From: Octopus vulgaris
Lineage: Eukaryota
Assembly (NCBI GenBank): GCA_951406725.2
Contig: OX597821.1
Location: 1,798,001-1,862,000, forward strand
Direction: 5' to 3'
Length of the DNA stretch: 64,000 bases
Position 1 is the first letter of the stretch; the number at the start of each line of letters is the position of its first letter. The notes under the pieces are model-generated. The model searched no databases. It was not told where the DNA came from and saw nothing but the letters and a program-made list of their open reading frames with translations. A program made the translations under genes and the position numbers. Shown piece by piece: positions 1 through 14,715 of the stretch.

Positions 1-80
1 GGAATCGCCGAGCTAACTGAAACGTGCGTAAGTGAATAAAATATTACATGAACATAATTTTTCCATTCCTCATTTCTTTA

Positions 81-139
<59 letters not shown>

Positions 140-142
140 CGT

Positions 143-210
<68 letters not shown>

Positions 211-213
211 TAC

Positions 214-251
<38 letters not shown>

Positions 252-1013
252 TTATACATATACATATACATATATATATACATATACATATATATACATA
301 TACATGTATATATATACACATACATACATATATATACATATATATACATACATTCAAATATACATATATATATATATATACGGGTTTAAACGTTGTAGCT
401 TGTATTCGTACCGGAGGAATCTTTACGAACCAATGTTTCTGAGATAATATTGATGCAATGTGATATGTTTAATAAATGTATTATATTATGTCATAATATT
501 TCGGCAAGTATCAACTGATAAATTATAGAAGAATCTATTGTAGTATTATGCAATAAGGCGTGCTGAATCCAATGTCCCTTGTTTACACTTTTCTATATAG
601 CTATACATTTGCATGCATAAAGCATGTATACATGTCTACATAGATATATGCACACATAAACGCCTACGTATACACACACGCACAAACACAAAAATACACA
701 CGTATACACAGATACATATACACATGGTTGATGTCATAAGAACATATATAAATTATAATAGATATATATATATGTTACATTTACACATTCTTATGAAGTC
801 AACAATTAGTGTATATATATATATATATAAACACACACACACATATATATACGTAAGTATATATATATATATATAATATGTACATATAAACGAGAAATAA
901 ATATAATGCCTCATGTACATTCCCATACACATACATTAACTGAATGTGTGAAGTCTGGAAATGTATAACCGTATCCGAAAGTATGTGTATGTATGTATGT
1001 GTGGCAGCGTGTT

Positions 1014-1047
<34 letters not shown>

Positions 1048-1715
1048 TATAGCACTCGTATTTATTACCTATCCAACATACGCTTACGTTTGTTTGTCCA
1101 AATGTTTATATGCAAACGTGTATTATTGCAAAAATTTAATTTTGAAATATTTGCATGTATATCGTTATTCACGAACCGTTCTATATTTGCAGGAATCTAT
1201 TGCTATTTTTATTTCATCTAGTTTTTGTTATTAAATTTTGCCATTTTCTTCGAATTCCTTGGAGTGTATTTTGCCATAATATAAATTATTTGATTCATTA
1301 CTCTGAAGCAATTTTGAGGTAACAGTGAATAAAATACATGATTTTCTAAAATTGACGCAAGATACAACTGCTTGCAAAATTAGATATGTGGTGAAATGTA
1401 GTTATGTATAAGACGCAAGTGTGTGATATCTCTATTACTTGCCGGTCGAATTACTTCATACATGTCTTGTGTTGTTTGCACAGCCATAACTATGATAGTA
1501 AATATCATAGGAAGGACGATTTGACAAGAATTGCTATCAGTGAAATCTGCAAGGCTGGGGCCAATTTCATTCGTTCAAATATATATTTATGTGTGCATAC
1601 AAAATGGAGTTATGCGATAGAGATGTAGCATGTGGATCCTATTTTCCCTGTAAGTTTTCTTTAGATTGTGTTAACACGCATGTTGCTTCTTATATATGTA
1701 TATAATCGTAATCGT

Positions 1716-2030
1716 GTGAAGGCGCATGGTTCAGTGATTAGATTGCGAGGTTGTGAGTTCGAATCCTGGACAGGGCTGCGTGTTGTGTTCTTGAGCGAGA
1801 CACTTTATTTCACGTTGCTCCAATTCACTCAGCTGTAGAAATGAGCTGCAACATCACTGGTGGCAAGCTGTATCGACCTTTGCCTTTCCCTTCGATAACA
1901 TCGGTGGCGTGGAGAGGAGAGGTTGGTATGCATGGGCGACTGATGGTCTTCCATAAACAACCTTGCCCTAACTCGTGCCTCGGGGTGTAAATTTCTAGGT
2001 GCAATCATTCATGACTGAAGGGGTTCACGA
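1716..2030 (+). mobile_element. tRNA-derived SINE with CORE-like central domain
   Basis: Pol III A/B-box-like head (ggcgcatggttcagtg...gagttcgaatcc) followed by tgtgttcttgagcgagacactttatttcacgttgctcc; same head and body at 48500-48640. Confidence 0.7.
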
Positions 2031-2415
2031 ATCATAATCCGCACTGATGAAACTCCCATACACCGATGTTGCTGAGAAGCATTCAGCTGTTTAATAATTA
2101 TAAAGAATGTTCTTTGAATATAAACTGACCAACCTAAAGCTGATGTGCGTTGCACAAACGAATGTTGTGAATTACTGTTAAATCCTGTTATCCTTTATAT
2201 TCATCCTTGTAACATATCATCCATGTGTGTGTGAGTGTGTGTATCAAGAGAAAGAGAGAAAGAAAGGAGAAGAGAAAGAGGAGAAGTATAGAGGAAGTGT
2301 ACAGTTCCATTATTGGTACAATCACCAAAAATGTACTCCACGATCTGAAGGATAAATATGATTTAATGTATGGACAGTTGCAGAAGCACTACTAACAGTT
2401 TCATGCTTTAAGGTA

Positions 2416-2981
2416 TTTGGTTGTCCGGAAAGTTCGTGCCGATTTATAGCAGCTTATCTTTCGACTTATTTTAGAACATGTTTGAGTCCATAAAATAGGA
2501 TTTGACTACACCGCCATGTAGAATACAGTTTAAGCTATCTTTTCCTGGAAGAAGGTTTATGTTCCTATAACCTATTTTAATTTTGTAACCCTCTAAAACG
2601 GAAGATAAGAAAGTTCATTTTCGGCACTTGATGCTTTGGGAACCCGACAAAAATTGCTGCAGCTCGGCTGGGATGTGTTACCCCACCCTCCATATTCACC
2701 AGATATTTCTCCTTCGGATTTCCACTTATTCAGGTCTCTGCAGAATAGTCTTAATGGTAAAAATTTCAATTCCTTGGATGACGTTAAAAGTTACCTTGAT
2801 AAATTCTTTGCCATGAAACCACCTCAATTCTGGGAAGAAGGTATTTCCAAGTTAAAGGAAAGATGGAGATGCATTGTGCAACAAAATGGTTCATAATTGG
2901 TTGATTAAAAATGTAATGGCAAGTATTTATTGACCTTTTTCTTTCCTTTAAAAATCGGCACGAACTTTCCGGGCAACCCAA
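2416..2981 (+). mobile_element. Internally deleted mariner transposon
   Basis: 30-bp TIRs (2416-2445 and 2952-2981, 2 mismatches) with TA on both sides; N-terminal EDKKVHFRHLML joined to C-terminal LGWDVLPHPPYSPDISPSDFHLF (mariner YSPD motif). Confidence 0.93.
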
Positions 2982-3909
2982 TACATTAAATTGGTTACTT
3001 CGTTTATCATGCCATGTATCTCCACGTAATCTAGCAAGCTCAGTTCTTAAAATTAGAGGTACTTAAAAACATGTTGATGGACAGTACGAAAGTTGAGAGA
3101 AAACGAGAAGAAGAAAGTTAGAAACAGAGAAGAAAAAAACGTGAAGAAAGTTGATGCAAAAAGTGGAAGAAGAAGAAAGAATGAAAAATAAAGAAAACCA
3201 ATATCGTGGTCCACTTTGACTATAGAAATCGTAATTATTGCAGCTGGCGGAAAATAATATAACAAAAAGTAGGCTACTTGCTATTCACTCCGAAGCAGGT
3301 GGTATCTTCCAGTTCGACAAATGAAACTTGTCTATGTGCTTGCATTTGTGAAATGTTATGAATCTGGAATTATGTAATGTGGTGGAACTATTGGAGTCTA
3401 TATAATAACTCAAAATATAACTCAACTCGGATATAACTCAAAAGTTAGGGCTTTTCTGTGCGGTTAGTAACTAAGACACACATAACAGCAATACCATCAG
3501 ATGATGACTTCGCCGTTGAGTCTACACTAGGGGTTATTTCTTTTCTTTCCATCCTTCTCTCACTTTGATTGTGCATATGTAAACTTTTGTGTGTACCTGT
3601 ATAAGATTATATATTTGTTAGTGCTTATCCTCGTCGTATCGACATTTCTCTCTTCTGTTTGTTCCTTCTTACGACCTTGCAATCTATTGCCTAATATTTT
3701 ACCATTTTAATGATGCTGTAGGTAATTTGCATAGGAAGGACAAATGTTGAGAAAAATTAGCACCACTTTATTTTGTATTTTTGTCCAAAACACTGATGAG
3801 TTGTTGAAGACATGCAATTTCATCGACTCTGGTGTAATATTGTCATTTGACTGACAGAAACACGCATAGATTTTATAAACCTTAAAATAGCAAACAGACA
3901 TTCAGTGTT

Positions 3910-3940
<31 letters not shown>

Positions 3941-3973
3941 GTATATATCTATATATATGCATATATATATACA

Positions 3974-4700
3974 TCTATATATATAAAACTCAACTTGTGT
4001 GTCTGTGTGTGTATCTGTGTGTGTGTCTGTGTGTTTAACTTCCCGGCACATCTACTCCTAGCCAACAAATGGTAGAACCACCAAAAATGGGTCACTTAAA
4101 GTTTAGGCGAATGAAAATTGAACTGCACTATTTCTGTTCCAAAATTAATCTCGCAAGTGCAAAAATCGACAATGTGTTTGTTTAGGCCTTATCCCATGCA
4201 TTGAATAGTGAACTTTACTCAGTCATCTGTTTGACGTGAACTGTGTTCACCACGCGTGCAAGCATGCGTAAATTGCATGAAAAATTAAAAAAATCAAGAT
4301 GTAAAAACGAATCGCCGTAAACATTGTAGAAATTCGGCAAAGAAATGAATTTTCGGGATGTAGCCTGGAGGGTCTTTTCGTATTAATATATATGAGAGTA
4401 TGATAGAAGAAGGCCAAATTTTCCTTCCATAGAAGTAAAAATTAAAATCGGACCATGTTAACACCAAAAATTATTTACATCAAAAACGTGCCTTTTTGAT
4501 GTAAATAATTTTTGGTGTTAACATGGTGCCTTTTTTCTATGAAAATCCATATTTTTTACGATGTTTTGACTGCTGTGTCGCCATTTTTCGGTGTACTTCA
4601 CTTAAAGAGAATAACAAGCTAAGTACTGCCAAATTTTTACTTTTCAAAAATTCCAATTCTAAAGGGTCTAAACAAACCGCAACACCGGGCGATACTGCTA

Positions 4701-4701
<1 letters not shown>
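3974..4701 (+). mobile_element. Non-autonomous Helitron-like element
   Basis: Starts TC after A, internal (TGTC/TG)n tract, ends with a GC-rich subterminal segment then CTAG followed by T. Confidence 0.65.
4452..4527. repeat. Perfect inverted repeat, 35-bp arms, 6-bp spacer
   Basis: accatgttaacaccaaaaattatttacatcaaaaa-cgtgcc-reverse complement. Confidence 0.95.
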
Positions 4702-5055
<354 letters not shown>

Positions 5056-5201
5056 AATAACGACCTCGAACCCACTAGTGTAAACAAGTGAGACAGAAAC
5101 AAGCGAAAACAAGTAAAATGTCCCTTGTATTTGAATAATATGCAAATATTCTTTTAAAAGACTTTTCTTTTAATCTTTCCGAAATGTAATTGTTATCCAT
5201 A

Positions 5202-5245
5202 TTTACAGTTGAAAATTTCTCAATGATCGAAACCGGTACTGAAAT
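5202..5245 (+). ncRNA. Degenerate hammerhead ribozyme motif
   Basis: cag TTGAAAA ... GAAAC cg GTA ctg: helix I and palindromic helix III present, core mutated. Confidence 0.4.
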
Positions 5246-5291
5246 TTTTTTTAATAAAATTATTTTAGCATTTTCTACCTTGAGTTTTTTT

Positions 5292-5361
<70 letters not shown>

Positions 5362-5495
5362 ATCTACATGCATATATATATATATATATATATATCGCCA
5401 TGTTAGACCGTTGAACTCGGTACATTTTTCACTCTTCTCATTTCTCTGATTCTCTTTTCATTTCTTTTCCTCTTATTCCTTTCGGTCGAAGAGCG

Positions 5496-5543
5496 TGTCA
5501 CTGATGGGGATTACCTCAATCCTAAATCATCAATGATTTGACA
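5496..5543 (+). ncRNA. Degenerate hammerhead ribozyme motif
   Basis: tgtca CTGATGG ggatt-acctc-aatcc t AAA tcatcaatgat t tgaca: helices I and II pair, but A9 and G12 are altered. Confidence 0.4.
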
Positions 5544-5869
5544 TTCTTTGCTTGCTGTAGGAAGGTTGGTCTCCCGGGTGTCTGTCAGTCAAGAGATAAG
5601 TGCTTGCCCCTGGTTAAGAGTTGACCTGACACTTATTTCTAGCAATATCGGTACTGGCTAGCACACTTAGTCACTTTCATGACGTTTATACTTGTGTCTT
5701 TTTGTTTTTAAATTGCTGTTAGCCAACTTAATAAATTATATATACATATATGTATGTGTATAGGTCTGTGTGTGTGAATATGTATATTTCTATATATATA
5801 TATAGTACGTTTAAATATTTGCTGTGCAAGATTTTTGGCTAAACTGGCAATATGACCATTCCGAAATAT

Positions 5870-5930
<61 letters not shown>

Positions 5931-6034
5931 TAATAAAAGGTTCCCAAACAAGGAAGCTTAGTGCTAGAGACACAAAGAGGGATAAATTCATGGAGAGAGT
6001 GAAATTCAAAAACATTTACCATTAACGATATATG

Positions 6035-6105
6035 CCGGACTGATCAGTTTCTATCTCTTTCTAGCAAAACAGACATATGTTTGCCAAGGCAAGGTTCGTC
6101 AGCGG
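6035..6105 (-). ncRNA. Type I hammerhead ribozyme
   Basis: Minus strand: ccg CTGACGA [long helix II region] GAAAC tgatca GTC cgg; intact core, GUC site, palindromic helix III actgatcagt. Confidence 0.7.
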
Positions 6106-6317
6106 GACGCCTTCCTAATTCTAGATGCACAGAGCGTTAGAGCACATGTCGATCTAACAATTTGTATATCTTAACTTTTCAAATCTCTGCGCAGACGCAA
6201 AATATACCAGGCGACATAGGGTATATTATATGAATAATATTTTGTCTAATGACTAATTCGTCTTTTGTGCTAGGCCACTGGTAATAATAACCTATGTTAT
6301 TACCCTTTTTGATTATG

Positions 6318-6416
<99 letters not shown>

Positions 6417-7686
6417 ACAAACTGCATCATGCATCAAATACATTTGTGACAATTTAAGCACTTTAAACAATGACAATATATTTCACTGAGCAGAAAATAT
6501 TCTTCCATAATGTAAAGATGGGAATACATTCTTATCAGATCAGTGATGTCTTGTCTTGAACTCGTAAATGCATTTCTTTTCCACCATGTCTACCTCAGCA
6601 GAGGATACTGAAGGGAGACAAATTTGTGCTGGCTAGAAAATCGTAGCTTTGTAATAAATCAGTCAGTACTAGTGAGTGACTTGCACTCGCCGACCACATT
6701 GTCAGAACAAACAGATGAGCATCAGCGCAAAGCAGTGATGAGAAACAATACATTTTAAAACATTGTGACTTCTAAAAAGCATTTATGCTCCAGTTTGTAG
6801 AGTAGAAAAATTCTCGCCCGTAGTGAAGATGTAGACGCGTTATTTTCAGCTCCATGGCTTCTCACCTGGACCTCTCGATGTACTTCTGACTCGTTACACC
6901 CTACTCAGTAGGGAATAACAAAGGGAGATAACCCTGAGCTAAGCAGAAAAGTAGCTTTATAACAATACGTTGCGTTGTTTCAGATATTTATGAATATATT
7001 CAATCAGCAGAGCTTTATATAAGTGTTGCTCCTTTTTGTTAGAATTCTTTTATATGAACGTATATGTTATTGTTTTCGAACAACCACTGTCTCCAGCAAC
7101 CCAACCGCTTTGCCTGTCTGTCTGTCTGCTTTGTTTTTTCCCTTCTCTCCCTCTCTCTCTCTCTCTCTCTCTCACACACGCACACATCTGTGTCACTTTA
7201 TTCCACTATTTCACAGGGGGACTGATAAGGGGAGAAAACAAGTGCAAACTGAGATTATACGAGAATCGAAAGGAAAGTCTGATAACAAAAATAATGAATT
7301 TCCGAACTTCTATTATTAAAACTATCCTACCCTTTCCAACATTCTGTTTACACTTTATTCTACCAAAACTATTCCATTTCAACTTTCCTTCTTTCTTCAT
7401 CTCCGTTATGAAGAAACACACAGAGTGCAGCTTGAGTAGTGGTGCGGTATTGACTACTGTATCGTCACATGATTATTATGCAAAGTTCATTGTGAGAAAT
7501 AGAAAAATAGTTTGTGTGGTTTTACAAATGTCAATTTTCAAGATTTTTTTTATAGAAGGTGGATACACTCACAGACAACACACATCATTTATACATACAT
7601 ATATACACTCATAAAACAAAACATACAAATCTGCACGTATACATATACATATACATACATACATATATATATATATATATTCATAA

Positions 7687-7717
<31 letters not shown>

Positions 7718-7820
7718 CAAAAATACCCTGTTACTCATGTTGAAATTCCAATGAAGGAGCCTTGGATATATATTAGAAACCGGCTCTCTCTATTGGCAAG
7801 AACTCTTGAAATAAAATATT

Positions 7821-7851
<31 letters not shown>

Positions 7852-7959
7852 GTATGTATATATACATATACATATACATATATATATGTGTGTGTGTGTA
7901 TATATATACATGTATATATGTATGCACCTGCATATATATGTGTGTATGTATACATGCAG

Positions 7960-8013
<54 letters not shown>

Positions 8014-8766
8014 CTGGAAACAACGCGAAAGGTATTATTCAAAGTAATGGAAATGTATGTTTATGACTTTCTGTAAACCCTCAAGCCATTCTAGCAGTAT
8101 TTGGGTTCCACCTTCCGAAAATTATCCTTTTATGATCTGAGAGAACATCGGCAGCTTCACTACCTTCATATAAAAACAAAATTTCATAGTCATTCACTTT
8201 CACCTATCCCGCTATACACCCTTGATTTTAATTATAAATTTTTCTGATGAATAAATGATAATATTTGAAATTTCAACTAAATTCGTTCATATTTTGTTTC
8301 ATTACTTTCAGTTTTATTGATATCAATGAGAAGAAAATGGCCAATTTATATATGAAAAAACTTGATTCTAATTATTGGGATTTGTTTTTTATTTTGATAA
8401 AAATTTATTAATGTAAATTTTATTCGGATGGAGAAAAAGAATTTTCGCTTGTTAAATAAAAAATGATGTGTCAATAAAACCAATGAAATTTTTCACGTTT
8501 GATTTAAAAGAAAAAAAAAAACCGAAAATATTATGTGCTACGCAGAGAGTAAGGCGTTATTAGATTGTAAAATATTTATTGGCATATATTTATCAATACA
8601 GTGCAATTTAAAACGAAAAGATTTTATTGTTCTCGAAATTTGATTCGCACTCTCTTTTTCTCTTATTTATTCCCTTTGCCTTTGCACATTATCTTTTACA
8701 GCCCCAGATGTGCGTATATACAAATAGGTAGATAGATACATAGATACACAGACATATACATAGATT

Positions 8767-8816
<50 letters not shown>

Positions 8817-9586
8817 AGTATTGTATATATACACTCATATATATATACACATACAATTATACATCTATCTATCTATGCATATGTAGACACACACACACAC
8901 ACACACACACACTGACATGTATATATACGCTTCCTAAATCTTTTGTATTTTTCCTTTAAAGCAATCTCCAATATATTGCCTGATAGAAAACTTCTTTTTT
9001 TGATTTAACGGAAGTCATATTTCGTTCTAAAATATAGGACATCGCTAATCACTGTAAATTTGTTTTACATACGTATCAAACATGATCTCAAATTTATTTT
9101 GATAATTTATAATATCCGATGCAATATGTTTTATTAGTACTTTCTTATATTTCATGCAAGATATTTTGTCTTTCTTGGATCTTAATACAAAGTTATAACA
9201 TTACCGTCAACAGTAAGAACATTCCTCACCTACATCCAGCTCCTTATATTGAATTCATATTACGCAGGAGTGCATGACCTCCGCGAGAATTGTGTTCACT
9301 CAGAAGTTTCCTTTCCATTTGTGAGTTCGCAAGAAAACATTCCCGTATTTCTTCTCATCTAAAAGAATAAATATTTATACCCGGCAGCTTGGTCAGGCAA
9401 TTATATTTCTTTCCTTTATTTTCTGTATTTTTCCTGTTTGTCCTTTTCCATAATTAATTTCTGTTCTAAACTGTATAATATAGCCCGCAGTTGTAACATG
9501 TCTAGCTTATCCAGTCTGCTCTAACATGTCATTCACTACTTCAGCCTGTGAATTATATTTGTATGTATGCTTTCAGATTGTCTACG

Positions 9587-9642
<56 letters not shown>

Positions 9643-10384
9643 TTGCAAGTTTTACCACCAAAAGCAGAATTCTGATAAAAATGTCTTTAGACGTCAGACG
9701 AAAAGCACATTATTTGGAGTTTTGGCAGCTGAAAGAGGAGTAGCTATCTATAGTGTTGATACTTTATAGTAATTTTATTCTTTAGAGAGAAAAAATATAA
9801 ACGTGTGACTGAACGAAGTAGTCTAACTACCTTTGATATAACTTATTTTCTCATCTTGACATTTATGGCTATGTGAAGTAGCATTAGTTAGAGAAACATT
9901 TCTTCTTAGAAGAAATAAAATGATATTTCACAAACACAAAGACTTTTAAAATTAAACATGTGTGTAATTTGAAGTAGCTGTTAAAAACTTGAAACTGTAT
10001 TTGTGTCTGTGTTTCTGAGTTCTGAACTCAAATTACCTTTCGACTAAACTACTTATTGTTTTCGTGACCAGCATAGAAAATTTCCAAGTAGACGTTTGAT
10101 TTAATAAAAGAAGCAGCTAATTTTTTCTCAAATAACATTTTAACATCCTAAAAATTATGGAAGGACATCTTTGGATAATGCGTTCCTTGATACATTGTGG
10201 CGGGATTATAAATGGAATGGTTTTGTGGCTTGACACTTATTAATTCCATGGTGAAGGAAATTTCTACTGAGTCACTAAATCTGCTAAACACAACAGCCAA
10301 ATCTCTCTCAAATCACATTCTCCCATCAGTATCGATCAACCCGTGAAAATGCGTTCAAAGATACGTTATACAGATAGACGTTGT

Positions 10385-10780
10385 TTTGTTTGTGTGGTTT
10401 AGAAGCTTGCTTTGTAATCTCTTGTTTCCGGGTTCGTTTCCACTGAGCAGTACCTTAAGCAAGTTTTTTTCCTATTATAGTAGTATAACACCAGGTCTAT
10501 CAATGCATTGTTATGGCATACGGAACCCGAGTCGAAGCTCGTCTTATATATCTCTACATACATATATACATGTATATACGTGAGTATATGTCTTTGTGTT
10601 CACGAATGTCCCTCTACACTTGACAATTCCTTTTATTTTGTTTAGGTCCTGGTAAAATAGGCAACAGAAACCGATAGAAAACGTACCAGACTTTAAAAAT
10701 AAGCATTCGTGTCCATCTTTTCGACTAAAACCTTCGTAGTGGTACTCAAGCATGGGCAAAGTTCAACGAATGAAACAAGT
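10385..10780 (+). mobile_element. Degraded tRNA-derived SINE (family A)
   Basis: Colinear with copies at 14225, 20391, 25364 and 36585. Confidence 0.55.
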
Positions 10781-12617
10781 GATAATAGATATGTTTGAAA
10801 TACAGACGAAGTGGCTCGGGGTTCGAGTCTCCTTGGGCATGGATGCCCCCTTGAATAAAAGAGCAAATTAACAACTAAAGATTTTTCCACAGAGGCAATT
10901 AATTAATAACGAATACCTGAAAAGTGGCTATCAGCAACAGGAGCAGCCTTTCCAAAGAATATCAATTTTCACATCTAAATTAACTTGGATACGTAAATAA
11001 GAACGTCATTGACTGTGGTAATCGTCCAGAGTATTTATCTCGTTTAGGTGTTAGGTCATACAAAAGTGCAGATTATAGTGGTTGACGAAATTTCGTCAGC
11101 ACCGGTGGTGTCACATCAGAATCTTGCATGACATGATTTCAGCGTGAATTGTACATCATGAGCAATATACACCCAAGATCCCAATACCAGATCTAAATTT
11201 CGTTAAACCAGATACAGACTAAACAGTCAGTGATATCAAATGCATAATGTATGAATTAGCAATTAGGAACGTAAGCAGTTTCTAACGAATACCGCAGTGT
11301 ACGGCGTTCTCAACAAACACTCTTAAGTTATGTTGAATGAACAAATTAAAATCTGGAAACTGTCTTTCACAAAGATTAGGAAATGAAATTAGAAGAATTG
11401 AGTATTGGAAACGTATGTCAAAGTAAATTGTAGATCCCAGTTAGAAGAAATATATTTGATAAAACTATCCTAGATGTTGTTGAGTAGCTGTTGTCATTAA
11501 ACTCAGATCAGCCCTGATTTGGCGAGAGCCTATGTTTAAAACATTTCAACATTATGTTACAATGTATTTACTGAGTTGCATTACTGATAATTTCCTGCAA
11601 GTAACTACAACAGCCACACCATTCAGTGCTGTAGAGCTAAACACATATTCTTTATACAGCCACCTGTGTTAGTTAATGATGCAAGTTGAGGTATTTTAAC
11701 AATATCAATGTATCTTGTCTTAACCATTATGATAACTGGAATTATGGTAGCTAAATTCATGGCATCGTTATTGCCAGCACCAAATCTTCCTTCTCTAAAT
11801 CGTAACAGTTTTTGGCAAATGGAAGAAACCGCTGATCTCCAAAAGAATTGACTCTCATTTTTAAAGAGTTTGACGATTTAAAATTTAATCCGAAGCGAAC
11901 GACGATTTAAGCAATCTCAGGTTTTATCAGTTTTTATATTCTTCTGTGAAAATGGTAGGGAATATTTAATTCTGTGTTAAAATATTACTGCTACTCCGCC
12001 TAACGGAATATATTATTCAAGTAAATTCTGCAATATCTTGTCCAGGTTCTTCAGAATTAATGTCATATGAGCTGCTATGCATTCACAACAAGCACACATT
12101 TTACATGTCTTATAGAATGTTTTCGTTGCTCGTGTTCTTAGCAATGGTACAACCAAGTGCATCCTCATGTGTCCAAGTCTAAAAGGAATTATAAAGGAGA
12201 CTAAGTTGCAGGCTCACCAGGACGGATTGGTTAAGGAATTTCAGAAGATACAGCTACAACAATTATGCCCTAATGGTGAAAAATTAGGCAAAAAATAGGT
12301 TACTTAAGGATGATGCAGAAAAAGACACGTTTATAGAGAGACTGAGAAAGAAAAGTCAAACGCACAAAGTTTCAATCTATTCACGAAGAAAAAGGACTTG
12401 TGTTAAAATACTAAAGTACACAGATTCTGCAATGTGGTGGCAGCGATATATATACACACACACGCACGCATACGCGAACACACACACACACATAAATAAG
12501 GTTTAGTGAAACTGTATTTTTAATTAAAAATCGCAGACTTACAAATCTGTTGAACACACCTCTCTCTTACGTTCGACACAATTCAACCTTCCTATACACA
12601 CACAAAAAAACACACGC

Positions 12618-12673
<56 letters not shown>

Positions 12674-12749
12674 ACATAAACACTTAAATAAATATATGGA
12701 TGCATATATACCTATATACTATATACACACATATATAAATATATGTATG

Positions 12750-12819
<70 letters not shown>

Positions 12820-13027
12820 GGTATAGATATGTACCTATGTATATGTGTATATATATATGGAGAGTGTAATTGTAGAATTTATTTTCATTTGTCAATTCTT
12901 AACATTCCCCAACATTAACACAAACACACGCGCATATATATATATTTAAGTATATGAATATAAATATGTATATATATATACTTACATATACATATATATA
13001 TATATATATACTTACATACATATACAT

Positions 13028-13060
<33 letters not shown>

Positions 13061-13103
13061 CACATATACATATATATATATATGTGTGTGTAATATATGT
13101 ATA

Positions 13104-13147
<44 letters not shown>

Positions 13148-13534
13148 CACCGCATCAGTGTCTCATAACAATCAATTGTTTTTTGTAAAACTTCCAATAT
13201 TCACTGTTGAATACTAAATAGACAAAATTAATATAAAGTAAAATCCTCACCCCCCCCAACCTCAACAAAAAAAAAAAGTAGCAAAACACGCACACACAAC
13301 TAAAGCAAAAATATAAACTGAAAAGTTAAATACACACACTAAAACAACAAATAAGACGACACAGATTTGTGTAAAACAGAAATGTTATCTGTGAAAAATC
13401 ATTGCGGTTCTCAGGTTTTGCTAATCAAATTATCGGAAGTGTTGTCGTCTACTTTAATAAGGAAAGTGAGAAAAACGAGAAATATAAGGGCAAGAAAGAA
13501 ACTACTGAAAGCAAGCTAACAACAAATTGAAACT

Positions 13535-13602
<68 letters not shown>

Positions 13603-13612
13603 TCGATAGTTG

Positions 13613-13648
<36 letters not shown>

Positions 13649-13713
13649 CATACATAGATACATACATACACATGCGTTTGTGTTTGTACGTATGTACAAA
13701 TGTGTGTATCTAT

Positions 13714-13832
13714 ACTCTTTACTCTTTTACTTGTTTCAGTCATTTGACTGTGGCCATGCTGGAGTACCGCCTTTTACTCGAGCAAATCGACCCCAGGATT
13801 TATTCTTTGTAAGCCTAAGTTCTTATTCTAGC
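13714..13832 (-). mobile_element. SINE family A, 3' end
   Basis: ctcttttacttgtttcagtcatttgactgtggccatgctggag, shared with 36590 and 50345. Confidence 0.75.
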
Positions 13833-14078
<246 letters not shown>

Positions 14079-14224
14079 GGGCATATCCGGATGCTTATTG
14101 ATCAGACCATGTATGGCACATTCATGCACCTATACGGGACTGAAGGATTTGATGGAGGGAGTTCACTTATGTACAGCATATACGTTTGATCATTACAAGT
14201 ATTTGTGCAGGTTGTTCACAAAGG

Positions 14225-14715
<491 letters not shown>

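Noticed and set aside
7745-7800. tgaaggagcc...gaaaccgg hammerhead-like string
   Set aside because: Core and cleavage triplet too degenerate to support
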